DNA of 58,417 nucleotides from a virus (Duplodnaviria; Caudoviricetes): IMG/VR virus record IMGVR_UViG_3300009109_000006, positions 1 to 58,417 of that record; one strand, 5' to 3'. Shown piece by piece: positions 55,037 to 58,417 of this stretch (position 1 is its first letter; each line of letters starts with the position of its first letter). The notes under the pieces were generated by a model. It saw only the letters and a program-made list of their open reading frames with translations, ran no database searches and was not told where the DNA came from. The position numbers and the translations under genes were made by a program.

Positions 55037-55651
55037 CTAATCTTCCTCGTCAAAGTCCACAAGGCTGGACCCTGCGATGATGTGCAGCACGCTGTCTGGT
55101 GACATCTCGGACATCACAGCGATATAGCCAATGGCTCGGCCAGCCATGGTCGCCAAGAACCGGCTTACCAATGGCAGTGCTCCGGTCGTGTCCATCTGGT
55201 CAATGGCTACCGCCGACGCCTCTTGGTTGTCGTTCATAACCGCAGAAATGACTGCCGCCACGGCCCGCACAAGATCAACAGTTGGCTCGTTCTCCGGGTA
55301 AACCTTCTCGCGCAGAAGGTCAGACTTGTTGGTGTGGCCAGCCGTCAACAGCGTCAAGACAGATGCCTGTTCGCCTTTGTCGGCAGCCTCACGAAACAGT
55401 TGGAGGGCCAAGTCTTCGTGGCCCTGCTCAATCATCTGATGGACAAGCGAGGCCATGAGCGACACTGCCCCAAAGAACGGGATGACAAATCGGTCAGTCC
55501 ACTCGTCCTTGCCCAACTGAAAGCGCAGCCCGATGAGTGCTGTGTCTACCTGTTTGTCGCCATCCAGCCAGTCGCCCACCTCTGTGCTTATCGACACTCC
55601 GTATTCAGTCGTAAACCCTTGAGTGAGAACGGTATCTGCCACAGTCGCCAT
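55037..55651 (-). CDS. Hypothetical protein
   Basis: ATG 1 nt after the upstream stop; GAGG upstream. Confidence 0.6.
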   Translation of the reverse strand: MATVADTVLTQGFTTEYGVSISTEVGDWLDGDKQVDTALIGLRFQLGKDEWTDRFVIPFFGAVSLMASLVHQMIEQGHEDLALQLFREAADKGEQASVLTLLTAGHTNKSDLLREKVYPENEPTVDLVRAVAAVISAVMNDNQEASAVAIDQMDTTGALPLVSRFLATMAGRAIGYIAVMSEMSPDSVLHIIAGSSLVDFDEED

Positions 55652-55652
55652 G

Positions 55653-55850
55653 TTAGTTCCCAGAGGGCGACTGGTGCCCATGCTGGTGACCTTCCCAATA
55701 TGTAGTTGCACCAGCATGGGCACCCTGTTCCAGCACCACTGTGTGCGGAGCAGTTGTCGTTTGTAGGGCGGCTGGGCGGCGCTCGCCGCACTGCCAACCA
55801 ATGAGCAGCATCAGTGCCGTGCCTAGGACCAGCGCCAAGTATCGAACCAT
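55653..55850 (-). CDS. Small membrane/secreted protein
   Basis: N-terminal hydrophobic helix; TAATG coupling. Confidence 0.5.
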   Translation of the reverse strand: MVRYLALVLGTALMLLIGWQCGERRPAALQTTTAPHTVVLEQGAHAGATTYWEGHQHGHQSPSGN

Positions 55851-56113
55851 TACGCTTGCTTTCTACGTCGGCCGGGCTTGGTGGTTGCTTTGTACGCTTG
55901 CAACTCTTTGATGTCTGACTTGCTGTAGAGGTTGACCGTTCCTTGCCCCAGGCTCACATAGTGGGATGGGGCCGAAACTTTCCCTTCAGATCGCCACCGC
56001 TTCAAAGTACGGACAGAACGTCCCACAGATTTTGCGGCCTCAGAGACAGTGGCGTACTCCCCGTCGTATGCCCGCTTGGCCCACAAGGCAATCGTGTGTG
56101 GCTCGGGTGTCAT
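55850..56113 (-). CDS. MerR/excisionase-like HTH DNA-binding protein
   Basis: TVSEAAKSVGRSVRTLKRW...LYSKSDI. Confidence 0.75.
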   Translation of the reverse strand: MTPEPHTIALWAKRAYDGEYATVSEAAKSVGRSVRTLKRWRSEGKVSAPSHYVSLGQGTVNLYSKSDIKELQAYKATTKPGRRRKQA

Positions 56114-56394
56114 GGCTGGCTCCTTTTTTGGTTGCGACGGATGATGCGCTCGCACGCGTCTGAATGTCGCTGGACGGCCACCTCCATACGGAATAGGGCC
56201 GTGCGCCACGCTCGGTCAACTTCGGCCGTGTTGCGGCTGAGGTTCTCGCCCCACAACTCATCTTGTGAGGCTGGATCGTTGTCGGTCGTAGCATCCACAA
56301 TCCAGCGAATGGTGTAGCCCAGAAGGATCAAGCAAGCAGGGGCGCCCACCCACTCCCACACCCAGTCAGCAAGGTTGAACAGTGCAAAAGTCAC
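56110..56394 (-). CDS. Hypothetical membrane protein
   Basis: N-terminal TM segment; coupled ORF. Confidence 0.55.
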   Translation of the reverse strand: MTFALFNLADWVWEWVGAPACLILLGYTIRWIVDATTDNDPASQDELWGENLSRNTAEVDRAWRTALFRMEVAVQRHSDACERIIRRNQKRSQP

Positions 56395-56783
56395 TCGCGC
56401 TCCCCCTCCTTGATGGTCAGCCGAACATACGGCTTCTTGGAAACTTCACGGCTGTTATTTGCCAGAGCAGATGCGTCGATCCGATCCCGCACAATAGCGT
56501 CCTCTAGCAACTTACGATCAAGCACCCTGCGAGACACAGCGCGCCACCGCTCCTCGCCCAGTTCTTCCCGCAGCCCTTCTTCGTCAATGTCCAGCGTGCT
56601 GCTCGTCACCTTAGAGCCAGTGATCTTTATGCCGTTGTAGTCAGTCTCATGTCTGTCTTGGTCGCTGTCGCTACCGTCTAACTGAGCCAAGAACGCTTCT
56701 TGGGCGTCTTGATAACGCCTGACGGCATCGTCTCGGGAGCGTTTCGCCCTGTACACCTCTACTAGTGCTTTGCTGTGATCCAT
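56391..56783 (-). CDS. Hypothetical phage protein
   Basis: AAGGA RBS; ATG at 56783 just downstream of the tRNA. Confidence 0.65.
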   Translation of the reverse strand: MDHSKALVEVYRAKRSRDDAVRRYQDAQEAFLAQLDGSDSDQDRHETDYNGIKITGSKVTSSTLDIDEEGLREELGEERWRAVSRRVLDRKLLEDAIVRDRIDASALANNSREVSKKPYVRLTIKEGERE

Positions 56784-56809
56784 GGTGCTGTGCTGTCCTT
56801 CCGTTGTAG

Positions 56810-56900
56810 CGGAGAGGGTGGGATTCGAACCCACGAAGGGTTGTTGGACCCTTACTCCCTTAGCAGGGGAGCGCCTTCAACCTGACTCGGCCACCTCTCC
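56810..56900 (-). tRNA. trnS: tRNA-Ser(GCT)
   Basis: GGAGAGG/CCTCTCC acceptor stem; anticodon arm CTCCC-CTGCTAA-GGGAG; long variable arm; GTGGG-TTCGAAT-CCCAC; CCA not encoded. Confidence 0.93.
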
Positions 56901-56959
56901 CGTCATCCGCTCCGGCACTTCTTCTTCAACTTGACTCGGCGTGATGGCAAAACGTCCTG

Positions 56960-57223
56960 TCATGGCTGCCGATGTAGGCGCACGCCGCACTGCTTGCAAC
57001 CGTGTAGCACTTGGACCGAACCACTGAGGCGGTCGTCAATAACAAGCAGGCCCTGGTCAGTGTGGCTACATGCGACACCTGGGTGGCCACATTTCGCGGC
57101 TGCCCAGCCAACAATCTCACGCGCCTGCCACCCAATAGCCAAAAGGCCAGCAGGCGCTAGAACCAGTTCCCACAGCGGGTTGGTCATTTGGAACAGTGCC
57201 AGTGTCAGTATGTGCTGGGCCAT
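56960..57223 (-). CDS. Hypothetical protein
   Basis: ORF with hydrophobic stretch and CxxC. Confidence 0.45.
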   Translation of the reverse strand: MAQHILTLALFQMTNPLWELVLAPAGLLAIGWQAREIVGWAAAKCGHPGVACSHTDQGLLVIDDRLSGSVQVLHGCKQCGVRLHRQP

Positions 57224-57519
57224 GCCGCCCCCAAGTCTTGGTCCTGTAGGTCGCCTGGGTCATCAACAGCGAAGTCCCGAAGTATGGCTTTGAGCGTGTC
57301 GATGGCTTGCTCCGCTTGCCCAAACATGATGTTGTCGGCGCTGAGCCAGTCTTGGCGCTCAAGCGCCGCGGCCCGCTCTGGTGATTCCGGGCCGCTCACT
57401 GTGAGAATGTCTTGAATCAGTGCCCGCAGCAACCTGCGCTGCCATGCAACCATCGGCGCAGTGGCCCTACGAGTGCGCTCACTGGCAGCGGGCTGTTCGC
57501 AAAAGTTGGCTTCCATCAC
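57205..57519 (-). CDS. Hypothetical protein
   Basis: AGGAGG RBS. Confidence 0.6.
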   Translation of the reverse strand: MMEANFCEQPAASERTRRATAPMVAWQRRLLRALIQDILTVSGPESPERAAALERQDWLSADNIMFGQAEQAIDTLKAILRDFAVDDPGDLQDQDLGAAWPSTY

Positions 57520-57537
57520 AACACCTCCTGTTCAGGG

Positions 57538-57705
57538 CTACCACCTCGTGGTGGCCCCCTCGTCTCTTATAGCGGACAGTTGTATGTCGGCGGCAAAATC
57601 TTCAGCGATGGATGAGTCGCACTGTACGCACCCCTCATCGTCACAAACCTCGCAGAACTCCACCTCATCAGGTGGTTGATAGTAAGCGTCGCTTTGGCCT
57701 GTCAT
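57538..57705 (-). CDS. Small acidic zinc-binding hypothetical protein
   Basis: CEVC..GCVQC; ATGA overlap. Confidence 0.55.
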   Translation of the reverse strand: MTGQSDAYYQPPDEVEFCEVCDDEGCVQCDSSIAEDFAADIQLSAIRDEGATTRW

Positions 57706-57935
57706 CGCGTGCCCTCCCAGTGCGCCTGGATGGTGTCCCACAAAATGGATGGGAGGGGGGTTGTCTTGTGGAACGGGTCCATGGCCGTGCCCCAAATCTT
57801 GTCGGCAACATCACGGCGATGCTCAGTCAACAAGAGGAACAGGTGCTGGCCGTCGCGCAGCCCCTTGCTTTTGGCGGCTGGGAGCGTGCGAGCGTACTCG
57901 GCCAGGAAGGTGTCGAATGAGTCGATGGTCGTCAC
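57702..57935 (-). CDS. Hypothetical phage protein
   Basis: R.GQ..F..L....DPF pattern; GAGGAG RBS. Confidence 0.65.
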   Translation of the reverse strand: MTTIDSFDTFLAEYARTLPAAKSKGLRDGQHLFLLLTEHRRDVADKIWGTAMDPFHKTTPLPSILWDTIQAHWEGTR

Positions 57936-58093
57936 GAAGGCTCCTCTCGGAGACGGTCGGCCCGCTCCCTCCTGGCTTCCTCACGGAGTGCAGCCATGTC
58001 AGCGTAGAACTCCTTCAGCGAACCAGTGTGTTCGCACAAGACGATCTCGTCGGTGTCATCGGTCGGTGGAACCGCGTGGTGGCGGTAGGGCAT
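57932..58093 (-). CDS. Small hypothetical protein (53 aa), not in the ORF track
   Basis: Read by hand: MPYRHHAVPP...REEPS; AAGGA RBS; GTGA overlap. Confidence 0.5.
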   Translation of the reverse strand: MPYRHHAVPPTDDTDEIVLCEHTGSLKEFYADMAALREEARRERADRLREEPS

Positions 58094-58298
58094 TCAACTG
58101 TCCTTTCCCTGAGATGGTTGTTCTTGTCGCAACAGGGAGCGGTAATACGCTAGGTCATAGATTTTTACCATGGTCACATTCCCATTGGTTGGACCCAGTG
58201 GGCGCGAGAGGTGCGCGTACTCATCCATATACACCACTTCTGGCCCTGGCCATGCCGGGCAACTGGCCTCGCACACTCCTCCTTGCTGCCCAGCATGG

Positions 58299-58417
58299 CA
58301 CTCACACGGTGGCCGATTCAGCGGCAAGGCCAACCAACTCCTTTTCGATATGGCGCACCATGCCCCGCACATCCCCAACCACAACGCCTGTCTCACAGCC
58401 GTTCCAGGGCGGCGACT
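58299..58417. repeat. Terminal direct repeat, right copy
   Basis: Identical to 1-119. Confidence 0.95.

Larger units (their letters stand above)
1..58417. mobile_element. Complete tailed bacteriophage genome (siphovirus-like, probable actinobacterial host)
   Basis: Terminase, portal, MuF, protease, capsid, tail tube, chaperone frameshift, tape measure, tail fibre, endolysin, DnaE/DnaB/DnaG/RecA and WhiB genes; terminal overlap. Confidence 0.95.

Overview
The window is a complete, circularly assembled genome (~58.3 kb; positions 1-119 repeat at 58299-58417) of a tailed, siphovirus-like phage. The WhiB gene and high GC suggest an actinobacterial host, and no integrase was recognised. Nearly all genes are on the minus strand: early genes (MoxR ATPase/VWA pair), replication and recombination (DnaE, RecA, SSB-like, Cas4-like nuclease, RuvC), a ParB-DUF4417-like/arginase cassette, terminase, portal, head, tail and lysis genes. 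Only a DnaB/DnaG block and a JAB gene are on the plus strand. Two things stand out. (1) A ~14.6 kb head-morphogenesis region carries 12 copies of the peptide [ILV]-x-K-FNPYHD(E/D)xGRF(T/A)T across five ORFs, including a 2594-aa MuF polyprotein and the prohead protease itself. Each copy precedes a cargo segment, and several segments are ADP-ribosyltransferase-like. This suggests a tag-and-cleave system for loading effectors into the capsid (inference). (2) A near-consensus promoter drives a ~700-nt hairpin-rich non-coding region, followed by a 79-nt tmRNA reduced to its tRNA-like domain and three covarying tRNA-minihelix-like elements upstream of early genes. A tRNA-Ser(GCT) is also present. 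All family assignments are from motif recognition by eye; no searches were run.
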